Assembly: GCF_003260205.1 (NCBI RefSeq)
Contig: NZ_QERF01000001.1
Location: forward strand, 553,985-617,984
DNA from: Winogradskyella tangerina
GTDB lineage: Bacteria; Bacteroidota; Bacteroidia; Flavobacteriales; Flavobacteriaceae
Length of the DNA stretch: 64,000 nt
Direction of reading: 5' to 3'
The position numbers and the translations under genes are program-made. Each line of letters begins with the position of its first letter. The first letter of the stretch is position 1. The notes below the pieces were generated by a model that ran no database searches, was not told where the DNA came from, and saw only the letters and a program-made list of their open reading frames with translations. Below are positions 41,180 to 51,546 of this stretch, piece after piece.

Positions 41180-43234
41180 ATGTCTAAACGATATACCATA
41201 ACAGCAGCCTTACCCTATACCAATGGCCCTATTCATATTGGTCACTTGGCTGGTGTTTATGTACCCGCAGATATTTACTCGAGATATTTAAGATTAACAG
41301 GAAATGATGTTGCCTTTATTTGTGGTAGTGACGAGCATGGTGTGCCTATTACCTTAAAAGCAAAAAAGGAAGGGGTTACACCACAGGATATTGTAGATAA
41401 ATATCATGCAATTATTAAAGCTTCTTTTGAGGAATTCGGTATTTCGTTCGACAATTATTCGCGTACCTCGGCGAAAATTCATCATGAAACTGCATCTGAG
41501 TTTTTTAAAACACTTTATGACAAAAATGAATTTGTAGAAGAAGTCTCGGAGCAATTGTACGATGAGGAAGCTAATCAGTTTTTGGCCGATCGTTTTGTGA
41601 TTGGCACCTGCCCAAAATGTGGTTATGAAGAAGCCTATGGCGACCAATGCGAAAACTGCGGAACCAGTCATAATGCTACAGACCTCATAAATCCTAAGTC
41701 GGCTATAACTGGTAATACACCAACATTAAAGAAAACCAAGCATTGGTTTTTACCATTAAACAAACACGAAGAATTTCTAACAGAATGGATTCTTAAAGGC
41801 CACAAAAAAGATTGGAAACCTAATGTATATGGACAAGTAAAATCTTGGATAGATGATGGTTTACGCCCAAGAGCGGTAACACGAGATTTAGATTGGGGAA
41901 TTCCGGTTCCTGTTGAAGGTGGTGAAGGCAAAGTCCTTTATGTTTGGTTTGATGCTCCCATTGGTTACATCTCCTCAACCATAGAATGGGCGGAGCGCGA
42001 AGGTAAAAATTGGGAAGATTACTGGAAGGATGAAAATACGACACTCGTACACTTTATTGGTAAGGATAACATTGTTTTTCACTGTATCATTTTCCCATCC
42101 ATGCTAAAAGCCGAAGGGACTTACATTTTACCAGAAAACGTACCTGCCAACGAATTTCTGAACCTAGAAGGAAATAAATTATCGACATCTAAAAATTGGG
42201 CGGTTTGGCTACCAGATTACCTTAATGATTTCCCGAATCAACAAGATGTGTTGCGATATGCCTTAACGGCAAATGCTCCTGAAACCAAAGACAACGATTT
42301 TACTTGGAAAGATTTTCAGGCAAGAAATAATAATGAGCTCGTTGCCATTTTTGGTAATTTCATTAACCGTGTAGTGGTTTTAACCAATAAATACTATGAT
42401 GGTGTAGTTCCGGAGCCTTCGGAATATTCGCAAGTAGATTCAGAAACTTTAACTGAGTTACAGGCTTATCCAGCTGTATTGGCTAGCTCTATTGAACGTT
42501 ACCGCTTTAGAGAAGGAAGTCAGGAGCTAATGAACCTCGCACGTTTAGGCAACAAATATTTAGCAGACGAAGAACCTTGGAAAACCATCAAAACGGATGA
42601 AGATCGTACTAAAACTGTAATGTTTGTTGCGCTTCAAATTGCAACGGCTTTATCGGTTTTATGCGAACCATTTTTACCATTTACATCAAATAAATTGAAG
42701 GGTATTCTGAGGTCAGAAGACCATTCTTGGGATGATATTCCGAAAAAGGATATTCTATTACCGGCAGGACATACCATTCAAACTGGAAAGCCTGAGTTAC
42801 TGTTTTCAAAAATTGAAGATTCAGATATTCAAAAACAACTCGATAAATTAGAAGCCAATAAAAAAGCAAATGAGGCTGCCAACAAAAGTGTAGAACCACA
42901 AAAAGAGGAAATCACCTTTGACGATTTTACCAAACTCGATCTCAGAGTGGGTACGATCTTAGAAGCCGAGAAAATGCCCAAGACCAAAAAGCTACTTGTA
43001 CTAAAAGTAGACACAGGAATTGATGTACGCACCATTGTTTCTGGTATCGCTGAAAGTTTTAAACCTGAAGAGGTTATAGGAAAACGTGTTACCGTATTAG
43101 TAAACTTAGCACCTCGTAAATTAAGAGGTGTTGAAAGCCAGGGAATGATCTTAATGACCGAAGATAAAAATGGCGACTTAGTTTTTGTCAATCCCAGTAT
43201 TGACGGGGTCAATAATGGCTTAAAGATTAGTTAA
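41180..43234 (+). CDS. metG: methionine--tRNA ligase
   Basis: It has HIGH (PIHIGHLAG), KMSKS-like KLSTSK, a zinc knuckle ([18 protein letters not shown]), and a C-terminal EMAP/tRNA-binding domain. Confidence 0.95.
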   Translation: MSKRYTITAALPYTNGPIHIGHLAGVYVPADIYSRYLRLTGNDVAFICGSDEHGVPITLKAKKEGVTPQDIVDKYHAIIKASFEEFGISFDNYSRTSAKIHHETASEFFKTLYDKNEFVEEVSEQLYDEEANQFLADRFVIGTCPKCGYEEAYGDQCENCGTSHNATDLINPKSAITGNTPTLKKTKHWFLPLNKHEEFLTEWILKGHKKDWKPNVYGQVKSWIDDGLRPRAVTRDLDWGIPVPVEGGEGKVLYVWFDAPIGYISSTIEWAEREGKNWEDYWKDENTTLVHFIGKDNIVFHCIIFPSMLKAEGTYILPENVPANEFLNLEGNKLSTSKNWAVWLPDYLNDFPNQQDVLRYALTANAPETKDNDFTWKDFQARNNNELVAIFGNFINRVVVLTNKYYDGVVPEPSEYSQVDSETLTELQAYPAVLASSIERYRFREGSQELMNLARLGNKYLADEEPWKTIKTDEDRTKTVMFVALQIATALSVLCEPFLPFTSNKLKGILRSEDHSWDDIPKKDILLPAGHTIQTGKPELLFSKIEDSDIQKQLDKLEANKKANEAANKSVEPQKEEITFDDFTKLDLRVGTILEAEKMPKTKKLLVLKVDTGIDVRTIVSGIAESFKPEEVIGKRVTVLVNLAPRKLRGVESQGMILMTEDKNGDLVFVNPSIDGVNNGLKIS

Positions 43235-43288
43235 AACTATAGGTTTATGGTATGGTTTTTGATAACTTTATATGAAAAAGCTATCATC

Positions 43289-45679
43289 ATGACTAAAACT
43301 CTACCTTCTATTGCTAAAATTTTCTTTATTTTTTTAATTTTCTCCGCTTGGGGCTTTTCACAAAGTGCTGAAGACATTGTGGATGACTATTCAGATTACA
43401 CTGAAGCACCACGAGAAGTGGCCTACGCCCATCTTAACAAATCAACCTATGTTGAAGGTGAAATGTTAGGCTTTACTGCCTACATTTTCGACAAATTTAC
43501 CAAAGAGCCAGCAAAAATGACTAAGAATCTTTATTGCACAATTAGCGATGAAGAAGGCAACGTTTTAAAGAAAAAACTGCTTAGAGTCAAAGATGCTGTA
43601 ACTTCAAATATTTTTGAAATAGACAGCTCTTTAGCCACAGGTACATATACCTTTAAGGCTTATACCAACTGGATGAAAAACTTCAGAGAGTCTAATCATT
43701 ACGAACAGACTTTTAAAGTTATTGATGCTGATAATTTGCAAGAAATCAAACCTATAAAGCCTGAAGATATAAATATAGATCTTCAAATTTTGGGCGAAGG
43801 TGGTCGTATATCATATAATCTTAATAACGTCGTAGGGATTATTGCAAAAAATCAATTTGGTCTAGGAATCAGTGGTGTTTCTGGTCGCATTGTTGATGCT
43901 AATAATAGTATTGTGTCTGATTTCAAACTGAATGAGGTCGGACTGGCAAAAACAATTCTCAATCCAGATCCAAAGGAAAAATACTTTGTTGAAATTGATG
44001 TATTAGACAAAGTAATAAAGAAGGAAATTAAAGACATTAAACCAATGGGGCTGTCAATGACCTTAAATGCCCTAAACAACAGTGCTACCATTAAGATTGA
44101 AGCCAATGATCTTTTCTACGAGAAATTTGGAGATCAAATTTTGAAATTGGCCTTACACGATGGAAGCGAAATAAAGATCACTGAATTTCAATTGAATGAG
44201 GATGGCTCCATCATATTTAATTACCCGATAAAAGAGCTATTTTCAGGTATTAACATCTTCACGGTTTTTACTGAAGATAACAAGCCATTATTAGAGCGTC
44301 TTCACTTTAATAAGAACGGTATTGATATGGCTAAAATTGAAAAAGTAGAAGTCAAAAAGAAGAAAGACAGTTTAGACATTAATTTAAAATTGAATAGTTT
44401 CAATTTTTCAAAATGGTCTAATGTGAGTATTTCTGTGCTCCCGAGCGCAACAAAATCGTACAATCACCATAATAATCTTCTATCACAATTATACATTCAA
44501 CCTTATGTAAATGGCTTTATTGAAAATGCATCTCAGTATTTTACCAACACAAGAGAAAGCAGCTACAATCTCGATCTTTTACTTTTAACTCAGGGTTGGA
44601 GTAGCTACAATTGGAATGACGTATTCAATTACAATGATCAATTTATTTATCCTTTTGAACGTGGCATTGACATTGTTGGAAATATAAACGGAGACAATCC
44701 AGGAACTTATGTGATCTATCCGATGCAAAACTCTAGTACGAGACTATTCGATATAAAAGAAGGTGAAAAGGTCTTTACTGTGAAAGAAACCTACCCTATG
44801 GATAAAGACATGCTGCAGGTAGGCTATATCGATCTGAAAAATAAAGGATTTACAAAAAAAGCTGCGCTTTCAGCGCAATATTTCCCTTCTGCATTTCCAG
44901 ATTTTGATAAGACATATAAAACTCCAACAGAGGTATTTTCGTCTCAAATGCCTTCGCTAAAAGACATAAAACTAGATAAGTCTTGGCTGCGTGGAGAGGT
45001 TCTTGATGAAGTAACCATTGAAGGAGAAAATGATTACACACGTGCCGAAGAATTAAAAAATAAGGTTGTGAATTCGCGAGTTGCAATTCCTGATGATCGT
45101 ATAAAATTGAGAAACCTCAGATTAGATATTTATCTACAGCGTTTAGGCTTTGTGACTCAGTTCGATTATTTCTCAGGGACTTTAAGCATCAACAACCCAA
45201 GAGTAAACTGGGGAACCACTGTGCCTCTAGTCTATCTAGATAATGCACTTTTAACATCGCCAGGTAGTGTTTCTGATTTTAGTGTTCTTACCTTCATTTT
45301 TATGCAAGATGTCGATTACATAGAGTACGAATTGTACGGTGTAGGTGGCGGTATTAGAGGAAATGCAGGGTTTATTAAAATTTTCACTTCGCCAGAATTT
45401 AAATTGAAGCGCAGTGGGCAGGAAGTTCAAACTTATGAAATCCCGTTAGCTTTCAGTGAGAATAAAGAATTTTATGTGCCAACGTACGGACTATACAATT
45501 CACCATTTTTCAACGAATACGGAACGATTGATTGGACACCTAATGCCACTATTAATAATGACGGAACCATAGATCTCTCGGTTTTAAACACCAAGAACGA
45601 CATTAAACTTTTTGTAGAAGGTATTGTCAATGATAACAATTTTGTATCACAAACTATCACTGTAGAATTACAAGATTAA
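43289..45679 (+). CDS. secreted hypothetical protein with an N-terminal MG2/alpha-2-macroglobulin-like domain (paralog 1)
   Basis: It has a signal peptide and the YAHLNKSTYVEGEMLGFTAYIFD motif. It is 810 aa. It is collinear with the downstream gene with clear pairwise similarity throughout. Confidence 0.5.
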   Translation: MTKTLPSIAKIFFIFLIFSAWGFSQSAEDIVDDYSDYTEAPREVAYAHLNKSTYVEGEMLGFTAYIFDKFTKEPAKMTKNLYCTISDEEGNVLKKKLLRVKDAVTSNIFEIDSSLATGTYTFKAYTNWMKNFRESNHYEQTFKVIDADNLQEIKPIKPEDINIDLQILGEGGRISYNLNNVVGIIAKNQFGLGISGVSGRIVDANNSIVSDFKLNEVGLAKTILNPDPKEKYFVEIDVLDKVIKKEIKDIKPMGLSMTLNALNNSATIKIEANDLFYEKFGDQILKLALHDGSEIKITEFQLNEDGSIIFNYPIKELFSGINIFTVFTEDNKPLLERLHFNKNGIDMAKIEKVEVKKKKDSLDINLKLNSFNFSKWSNVSISVLPSATKSYNHHNNLLSQLYIQPYVNGFIENASQYFTNTRESSYNLDLLLLTQGWSSYNWNDVFNYNDQFIYPFERGIDIVGNINGDNPGTYVIYPMQNSSTRLFDIKEGEKVFTVKETYPMDKDMLQVGYIDLKNKGFTKKAALSAQYFPSAFPDFDKTYKTPTEVFSSQMPSLKDIKLDKSWLRGEVLDEVTIEGENDYTRAEELKNKVVNSRVAIPDDRIKLRNLRLDIYLQRLGFVTQFDYFSGTLSINNPRVNWGTTVPLVYLDNALLTSPGSVSDFSVLTFIFMQDVDYIEYELYGVGGGIRGNAGFIKIFTSPEFKLKRSGQEVQTYEIPLAFSENKEFYVPTYGLYNSPFFNEYGTIDWTPNATINNDGTIDLSVLNTKNDIKLFVEGIVNDNNFVSQTITVELQD

Positions 45680-45684
45680 GTGGT

Positions 45685-48090
45685 ATGAAAAATATTCTTT
45701 TTGCTTTAATTAGTCTTACGGCTGGTATAGGAGCGTCATCTCTAAACGCGCAGAAAAAGCTCAATCCAATTGACGCCTATGAAACTTATGCTGAAGCGCC
45801 TCGAGAGGTAGCTTATGTACACCTTAATAAATCGACTTATATCAAAGGTGAAATGATCGGATTTACCGCTTATGTATTTGATAAATACACTAAGGAACCG
45901 TCTCAGCTTACTACAAATCTGTATTGTATCATTTCTAATAGTCAAGGCCAAACCGTTAAGAAAAAACTCATTAAGGTGAATCAAGGTGTTGCTTCGAACG
46001 TTTTTGATATAGATAGTACACTTTCAGATGGCATATTTACCTTCAAAGCGTATACCAATTGGATGCGCAATTTTGATGAACAAAACCACTTTGAACAAAC
46101 GTTCAAGGTTATTAATTCTGAAAAAGTAGACCTCATAAAACCTGTAAGTAATAAAGATATTAAAGTTGATCTTCAAGTTTTAGGCGAAGGTGGTCATATC
46201 CTTTACGATGTTCCGAATAACCTTGGCATTATTGCCAAAAATCAATTTGGATACGGAATTGCCAATGCCTACGGTTCTATTGTTGACAATACAGGGACCG
46301 TGATGACGGAGTTTCAACTTAATGAGGTCGGACTAGCAAAAGCACTTTTTACACCAGCACCCGATAAAACCTACACGGTTAATCTAGAGTTAAATAACAG
46401 AACAATCAAGCAGCCGATTTCTGGTATAAAGCTGAATGGTCTTATCATGAATTTAGTGCCATCACCAGACAAGATTACCTTATTGTTGCGCACTAATTCT
46501 AGATCACTAGAAAATCTTGCTGATAAATCTTTCAAACTTGGCTTGCACAATGGTCATAAAATGATAACGAATTCAGTGTCTATTAATAATGAAGGCATGG
46601 CAATTATAAGTTATCCTAAAAGTAAATTATTGGCGGGCATGAATATTTTCACGGTTTTCGATGAAAAGAACAATCCAATTCTCGAGCGACTTTATTTCAA
46701 CAAAGAAGGTATTAAACAGCAAAAAGTTTCAGATGTAAAATTCAAAACTTATAACGACAGCCTCGATATATCCTTAGGTATTAAGACTATTGATCCCAGC
46801 AAATTCTCAAATCTAAGTGTTTCTATTTTGCCTTCAGATACAAGATCATATAATCACAACAATAATATTTTGTCGCAATTATATATTCAACCGTATGTAA
46901 AAGGAAGTATTCAAAACGGTGCTCAGTACTTTTCAAACAATAGCAGAGAAACCAACTATAATTTAGATCTTTTACTTCTTACTCAAGGTTGGAGCAGTTA
47001 TGATTGGAATTTAATTTTTACGAGCAAATCAAAGGCATACAATTACTCTTTTGAACGCGGTATAGATATCGTTGCTAATATCAATAATAAGAAGTCTGGC
47101 GCATACATTGTTTATCCGCTCGCCCAAAATAACACGCAATTATTTGATGTTCCGAAGAATGAGAATGCCTTTACGATCAAAACATCATTTCCTAATGAAG
47201 ACGATATTCTAAGAATAGGATACCTCAATACGGTTAAAAAGGAATTTAAGGCCAAACCCTCCTTGTATTTGCAATCTTATCCGGCCGAAATTCCAGAATT
47301 TGATGGCAATATGTCTATCATTACTGAAAATTATACCCTTAATGAGACTTATATAAATCCTAACCAGGTGAACAATGCAAGGGACAATGCGAGCAAGGTC
47401 ACCAAACTCGATGAAGTTTTTCTTGAGGGCAAAATTGATAGGGAAACAGAAATTGAAAAGCTCAAGGAACTAGCAACTTACAAACGATATGATTATGTAA
47501 AGGAGAATATAAAGTTAAGAGGTATGCGACTTGATATTTATTTACAACGGCTCGGATATTATACAGAGTTTGAATATTTCTCGGGATTACTGATCATAGA
47601 AAATCCAAGAGCTAGTGGCAAAGATCCTGTACCTCTGATTTATCTGAACGACGCTCTACTAACTACTCAAGGTAAAGAATCGGACTTCAGTATTTTAACC
47701 TTCATCACTATGGATATGGTAGATTATTTCGAGTATGAACCTTATGGCATAGGCGGCGGATTACGAGGAAGCGCAGGATATATAAAAATATACACAACTC
47801 CAGGCTTGCCCGTCAATAAAAAAAGAGATCTTACCGCTACTTTTGATCTGCCTTTGAGGTTTGATAAGCCCAAGACCTTTTATACGCCAAAATACCAGAC
47901 GTTTAATTCTGATTTTTTCCTTGAGTACGGAACCATCGCATGGCAACCCGACCTCACCGTTGACGAAACAGGTTTAGCTGACTTCAAAATCTTGGATACT
48001 TACACGAGCTCAATTGATCTTTATATTGAAGGAATTGTGAACGATAACGAATATATTTCACAAAGAATAACGATCGAAAAGGCCAATTAA
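45685..48090 (+). CDS. secreted hypothetical protein with an MG2-like domain (paralog 2)
   Basis: YVHLNKSTYIKGEMIGFTAYVFD, LLLLTQGWSSY and ERGIDIV are all shared with the upstream gene, so this is a tandem duplication. Confidence 0.5.
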   Translation: MKNILFALISLTAGIGASSLNAQKKLNPIDAYETYAEAPREVAYVHLNKSTYIKGEMIGFTAYVFDKYTKEPSQLTTNLYCIISNSQGQTVKKKLIKVNQGVASNVFDIDSTLSDGIFTFKAYTNWMRNFDEQNHFEQTFKVINSEKVDLIKPVSNKDIKVDLQVLGEGGHILYDVPNNLGIIAKNQFGYGIANAYGSIVDNTGTVMTEFQLNEVGLAKALFTPAPDKTYTVNLELNNRTIKQPISGIKLNGLIMNLVPSPDKITLLLRTNSRSLENLADKSFKLGLHNGHKMITNSVSINNEGMAIISYPKSKLLAGMNIFTVFDEKNNPILERLYFNKEGIKQQKVSDVKFKTYNDSLDISLGIKTIDPSKFSNLSVSILPSDTRSYNHNNNILSQLYIQPYVKGSIQNGAQYFSNNSRETNYNLDLLLLTQGWSSYDWNLIFTSKSKAYNYSFERGIDIVANINNKKSGAYIVYPLAQNNTQLFDVPKNENAFTIKTSFPNEDDILRIGYLNTVKKEFKAKPSLYLQSYPAEIPEFDGNMSIITENYTLNETYINPNQVNNARDNASKVTKLDEVFLEGKIDRETEIEKLKELATYKRYDYVKENIKLRGMRLDIYLQRLGYYTEFEYFSGLLIIENPRASGKDPVPLIYLNDALLTTQGKESDFSILTFITMDMVDYFEYEPYGIGGGLRGSAGYIKIYTTPGLPVNKKRDLTATFDLPLRFDKPKTFYTPKYQTFNSDFFLEYGTIAWQPDLTVDETGLADFKILDTYTSSIDLYIEGIVNDNEYISQRITIEKAN

Positions 48091-48993
48091 ATGCTCAAAA
48101 TAGCATTCCATCCTATATATAAACACCCACTTCCTGACGGGCATCGGTTTCCTATGGAAAAGTATGAGCTTTTACCAGAGCAGTTACTTCATGAAGGCAC
48201 CTGTGTGGATGCTAATTTTTTTGAACCAGAGAAACCTAATGATAAATTTATTCTGACGGTTCATGAGCCCGACTATTATTACGATCTGGTCAATATTACT
48301 TTAGATCAGCGCGCGGCACGTAAAATTGGTTTTCCGCTAAGTGAAGTTTTGGTAGAACGAGAAGTTATTATTGCCGACGGAACCATTAAAGCCTCAGAAC
48401 ATGCTTTAAAGTATGGAATTGCCATGAATATTGCCGGTGGAACACATCATGCATATACCGATCGCGGTGAAGCCTTCTGTTTGCTCAACGACCAAGCCAT
48501 TGGCGCGCGATACCTTCAGAATAAAGGTGCTGCCAATAAGATCCTAATTGTTGATTTAGATGTTCATCAAGGAAATGGTACGGCTGAAATTTTTCAGGAT
48601 GACGACACCGTGTTTACTTTTTCTATGCATGGTAAGAGCAACTATCCTTTCAAAAAAGAAAAAAGTGATTTGGATATTGCTTTAGACAACGATACCGACG
48701 ATGCCACCTATTTAGCCATTCTGAAGGAAACTTTACCTCAGCTTATAGAACAAGAACAGCCCGATTTTATTTATTATTTGTGTGGTGTAGATGTCATTGC
48801 ATCTGATAAATTAGGAAAGCTGGGATTAACGCTCGAAGGATGTAAAGAACGCGACCGATTTGTACTTCAGACGTGTAAAAATCATAATATCCCTGTAATG
48901 TGTAGCATGGGCGGTGGCTATTCACCCGATATAAAAACCATAGTCGATGCACATGCCAATACCTTCAGGTTGGCTCAAGAAATATTCTTTTAA
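48091..48993 (+). CDS. histone deacetylase-family protein (AcuC/HDAC-like)
   Basis: It has DLDVHQGNGT and HHAYTDRGEAFCLLND, which form the Zn-binding HDAC core. Confidence 0.8.
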   Translation: MLKIAFHPIYKHPLPDGHRFPMEKYELLPEQLLHEGTCVDANFFEPEKPNDKFILTVHEPDYYYDLVNITLDQRAARKIGFPLSEVLVEREVIIADGTIKASEHALKYGIAMNIAGGTHHAYTDRGEAFCLLNDQAIGARYLQNKGAANKILIVDLDVHQGNGTAEIFQDDDTVFTFSMHGKSNYPFKKEKSDLDIALDNDTDDATYLAILKETLPQLIEQEQPDFIYYLCGVDVIASDKLGKLGLTLEGCKERDRFVLQTCKNHNIPVMCSMGGGYSPDIKTIVDAHANTFRLAQEIFF

Positions 48994-49021
48994 AAAAAGC
49001 GCAGATGAATCACCTGCGCTT
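48990..49021 (-). terminator. rho-independent terminator of the SPFH-like gene
   Basis: On the minus strand, the AGCGCAG..CTGCGCT hairpin is followed by a U-run (plus-strand A7). Confidence 0.55.
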
Positions 49022-49033
49022 CTGACTACCCTC

Positions 49034-50140
49034 TTATTTTCCAGAGAAAATCTCCTTCAATTGAGTTACCATATTTCCATTACCTGAGACGGTGATCTCA
49101 CCAATTTTCTCAGCGATCTTTTCAACATATTCCATCTCTTTAAGTTTGTATAACATATCATTCTCCTCCATCAATTTGGCAGTGTTTAACAAACTACGAG
49201 TAGAAGCTGTTTCTTCACGTCTCATAATTACGTTAGCTTGTGCTTTCTTTTGTGCAACTAAAACCTGATTCATGATGTCTTTCATTTCACCTGTTAAAAT
49301 CACATCTCTTATACCGCAATTTAATACGGTAACACCGAGCTTTGATGCACTTGTCTTAACGTCTTGAAATACAGCTTCTGCAATATTATCTTTACGTTCT
49401 AACAATTCATCTAAAGTGTAAGCACCAACATAAGCACGCAATACCAATTGCATTGTAATGTATAATTGCTTTTCATAATCCTTGTTTTCTAAAAGCGCTT
49501 TTTCTACATCAGTAACTTTATACTGTGTATAAAAGTTAATTCTGATAGCTGCTTTGTCCTTAGTTAACAATTCCTGACCTGCAATTTCTAATTGCAACTG
49601 ACGTAAATCGACTTTTGCAATTTTTATTGAAGTATCATTTCTCCAGAAACGGTAAGTACCACCTTTGAGTGTCTTGGTGTAGACATCATCGACTAAAAGT
49701 ACGGCCTTTTCGTAGGCTGCGACTTCAAACGTTCTGATGTACTTACTTACTTCGTAATTGCTAAAGATTGACTTGTCGAGGTTCTCTGTGATGTAGATCT
49801 TACTGAGATCTACACGGATGTAATCACGTTCAATTAAACCCTTCCAGTAGACGAAACGACCAGCCGGCAAAACAGTTTTAAATATGCCTTTTTCATAAAG
49901 CAATACCAATTCACCGTCCTTTACTTCAACAACATCAAGCATAGCAGCTAAAACCTCATCTTTTAATAAGATCTCTAATGCTATTGGCGCTGTAAACATA
50001 GACGCTAAGTCGTACATAAATACACGCTGCTTGTAACCAAGCCAGTGTACTCCTTGGGTAATAACTCTAAGGTAATCACCTCTTTTGAATACTAAACCTA
50101 CGTATCCTGCATTAATTCTTACTCGTAACATTGTTTTCAA
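49034..50140 (-). CDS. SPFH/Band-7 (slipin-like) family protein
   Basis: The C-terminal SPFH-like region (KAAIRINFYTQYKV...GIRDVILTGEMKDIMNQVLVAQKKAQANV) matches the family. No N-terminal TM segment was detected. Confidence 0.55.
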   Translation of the reverse strand: MKTMLRVRINAGYVGLVFKRGDYLRVITQGVHWLGYKQRVFMYDLASMFTAPIALEILLKDEVLAAMLDVVEVKDGELVLLYEKGIFKTVLPAGRFVYWKGLIERDYIRVDLSKIYITENLDKSIFSNYEVSKYIRTFEVAAYEKAVLLVDDVYTKTLKGGTYRFWRNDTSIKIAKVDLRQLQLEIAGQELLTKDKAAIRINFYTQYKVTDVEKALLENKDYEKQLYITMQLVLRAYVGAYTLDELLERKDNIAEAVFQDVKTSASKLGVTVLNCGIRDVILTGEMKDIMNQVLVAQKKAQANVIMRREETASTRSLLNTAKLMEENDMLYKLKEMEYVEKIAEKIGEITVSGNGNMVTQLKEIFSGK

Positions 50141-50588
50141 TTTTTAATTAAACATCATTTTTGCCAACTAAGGCGAAATGGTAATTCATGTAACGGACGG
50201 ATTACCAGCTTCAAACGTTTACCGACGAGTTCAGTAATTATTTGAAGTTTATCTTCATTTTTCCTATTCGATTTAAAAAATAGCAGATCGCAAATCATCT
50301 CATCCATACGGAATAACTAATTGTAAACCCTGCCATGATTAGTGCATTAACTCCTAGTTGAAAACCAGCAAATTTTGCTTCATTATCAACCTTCGATCAA
50401 TGGAGTAATCACTTTGTGAGATTACAGTTTTGCCATTCAGAGTATATCTCAGATTGCTTGTTATTGAACACTAATTGTTACTATTAAAGCCAATCTACAA
50501 TCTACTATTTTGTCATTTTTAAAAAGCAGTATAACGACTGCGTTGCTATCAGTTTTCCAAGTTGATAAGCTTAGGCGGTTTGTAATAA

Positions 50589-50670
50589 CCATCCTGCATT
50601 TTAAGTGCAGTGCTCTAACCAACTGAGCTACAAAGTCTAAAATGGTGACTTTGACAGGAATCGAACCTGT
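50589..50670 (-). other. tRNA-like element A in permuted order
   Basis: The 3' half (50643-50670) has the T-arm ACAGG-TTCGATT-CCTGT, acceptor 3' strand CAAAGTC, discriminator A and CCA. Five nt downstream on the minus strand is the matching 5' half (50589-50637): acceptor GACTTTG, D-arm GCTCAGTTGGTTAGAGC, anticodon arm CTGCA-CTTAAAA-TGCAG (anticodon UAA), and variable loop GATGG. The acceptor strands are exactly complementary. Confidence 0.5.
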
Positions 50671-50678
50671 GCAATTTT

Positions 50679-50764
50679 CCTATTGTTCTGACCTACTGAA
50701 CTACTTCCCCAATTAACGGTATATCTTAGTGGGGAAGGCGGGAATCGAACCCACGACCTATAGA
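50679..50764 (-). other. tRNA-like element B in permuted order
   Basis: The 3' portion (50730-50764) has anticodon-stem strand TCTAT, variable loop AGGTC, T-arm GTGGG-TTCGATT-CCCGC, acceptor CTTCCCC and discriminator A. It precedes a 19-nt linker and then the 5' portion (50679-50710): acceptor GGGGAAG, D-arm GTTC-AGTAGGTCA-GAAC, and ATAGG. Confidence 0.45.
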
Positions 50765-50906
50765 ATCGCGACTATTTTTTGGCTAACAGTCAGAGCCTTC
50801 AAGTCTAGTTGTATATAAAAACATCATACATCTCTGCAACGAATTATACAATAGTGCTATACCGAAACACCCAACAAGACCAGCTTGATACCTTCATTAT
50901 TATTGC

Positions 50907-51109
50907 ACCTCTTATCAGATTCGAACTGATACTCCCACATCGGTGGACAGATTGGCTCTAAATGCGCTTCCCTACTTTTAATCCTGTTAATTTCGGTGCT
51001 TCTGCAAATTCTATTCATTAGCAAGCGCGTCACTAACAACATCATCCAATCACTCCGTGGCTACGATAAGGATCTTTTTCCACAGCTCTTCCCTTTGAGC
51101 TAAAGAGGT
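50907..51109 (-). other. split tRNA-like element E
   Basis: The acceptor 5' strand ACCTCTT plus D-arm GCTC-AAAGGGAA-GAGC lie at 51085-51109. About 150 nt downstream on the minus strand, at 50907-50931, lie the T-arm ATCAG-TTCGAAT-CTGAT and the complementary acceptor 3' strand AAGAGGT. Confidence 0.3.
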
Positions 51110-51471
51110 GTATATTTTAAAAAAGCGTTCTGAGAATACCTCCGCTTTAGAATAAGCTTTCCTAAGATTATAGCCGTAGCCCTTCCTTAGTTTTCCACGC
51201 TCATCTCATTGCTAGAGAATCGCGTACTTATTCGATGCCTAATACATTGTAGCTGTTCGGCAACTTAGACTTGGCCTGCATAGTGGTACTTAGACCACGC
51301 TTTGCAATTACGAGGGTTGGCTCCCTCACCATTAGTAGGCGTCCTCATTGCGAGGCGGCCTATTAGAATGTTCACCGCACAGTAAAGGTTTGCGGCCTTT
51401 ACTGCCCCATATATTGCAATGGGTTTAGGCAACTACTAGCTGCTACAATGTCCGAAGTCTTTCGCTTCTTT

Positions 51472-51546
51472 CTGTTTTTAAATAACAGCGCTTCTACCAA
51501 ATTGAGCTATCCTGAAATACTTATCAGGACTAGGACTCGAACCTAG
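51472..51546 (-). other. tRNA-like element C in permuted order, anticodon loop ATTTAAA (anticodon UUA, ochre-reading)
   Basis: The 3' part (51522-51546) has the T-arm CTAGG-TTCGAGT-CCTAG, acceptor TCCTGAT and discriminator A. Five nt later comes the 5' part (51472-51516): acceptor TTCAGGA, D-arm GCTC-AATTTGGTA-GAAGC, and anticodon arm CTGTT-ATTTAAA-AACAG. Confidence 0.45.

Noticed and set aside
50670-50679. a chimeric complete tRNA made from the B 5' fragment plus the A 3' half
   Set aside because: The acceptor strands GGGGAAG and CAAAGTC do not pair, and only 13 nt separate the D-arm from the T-arm. The cognate pairing is B 5' with B 3' and A 5' with A 3'.
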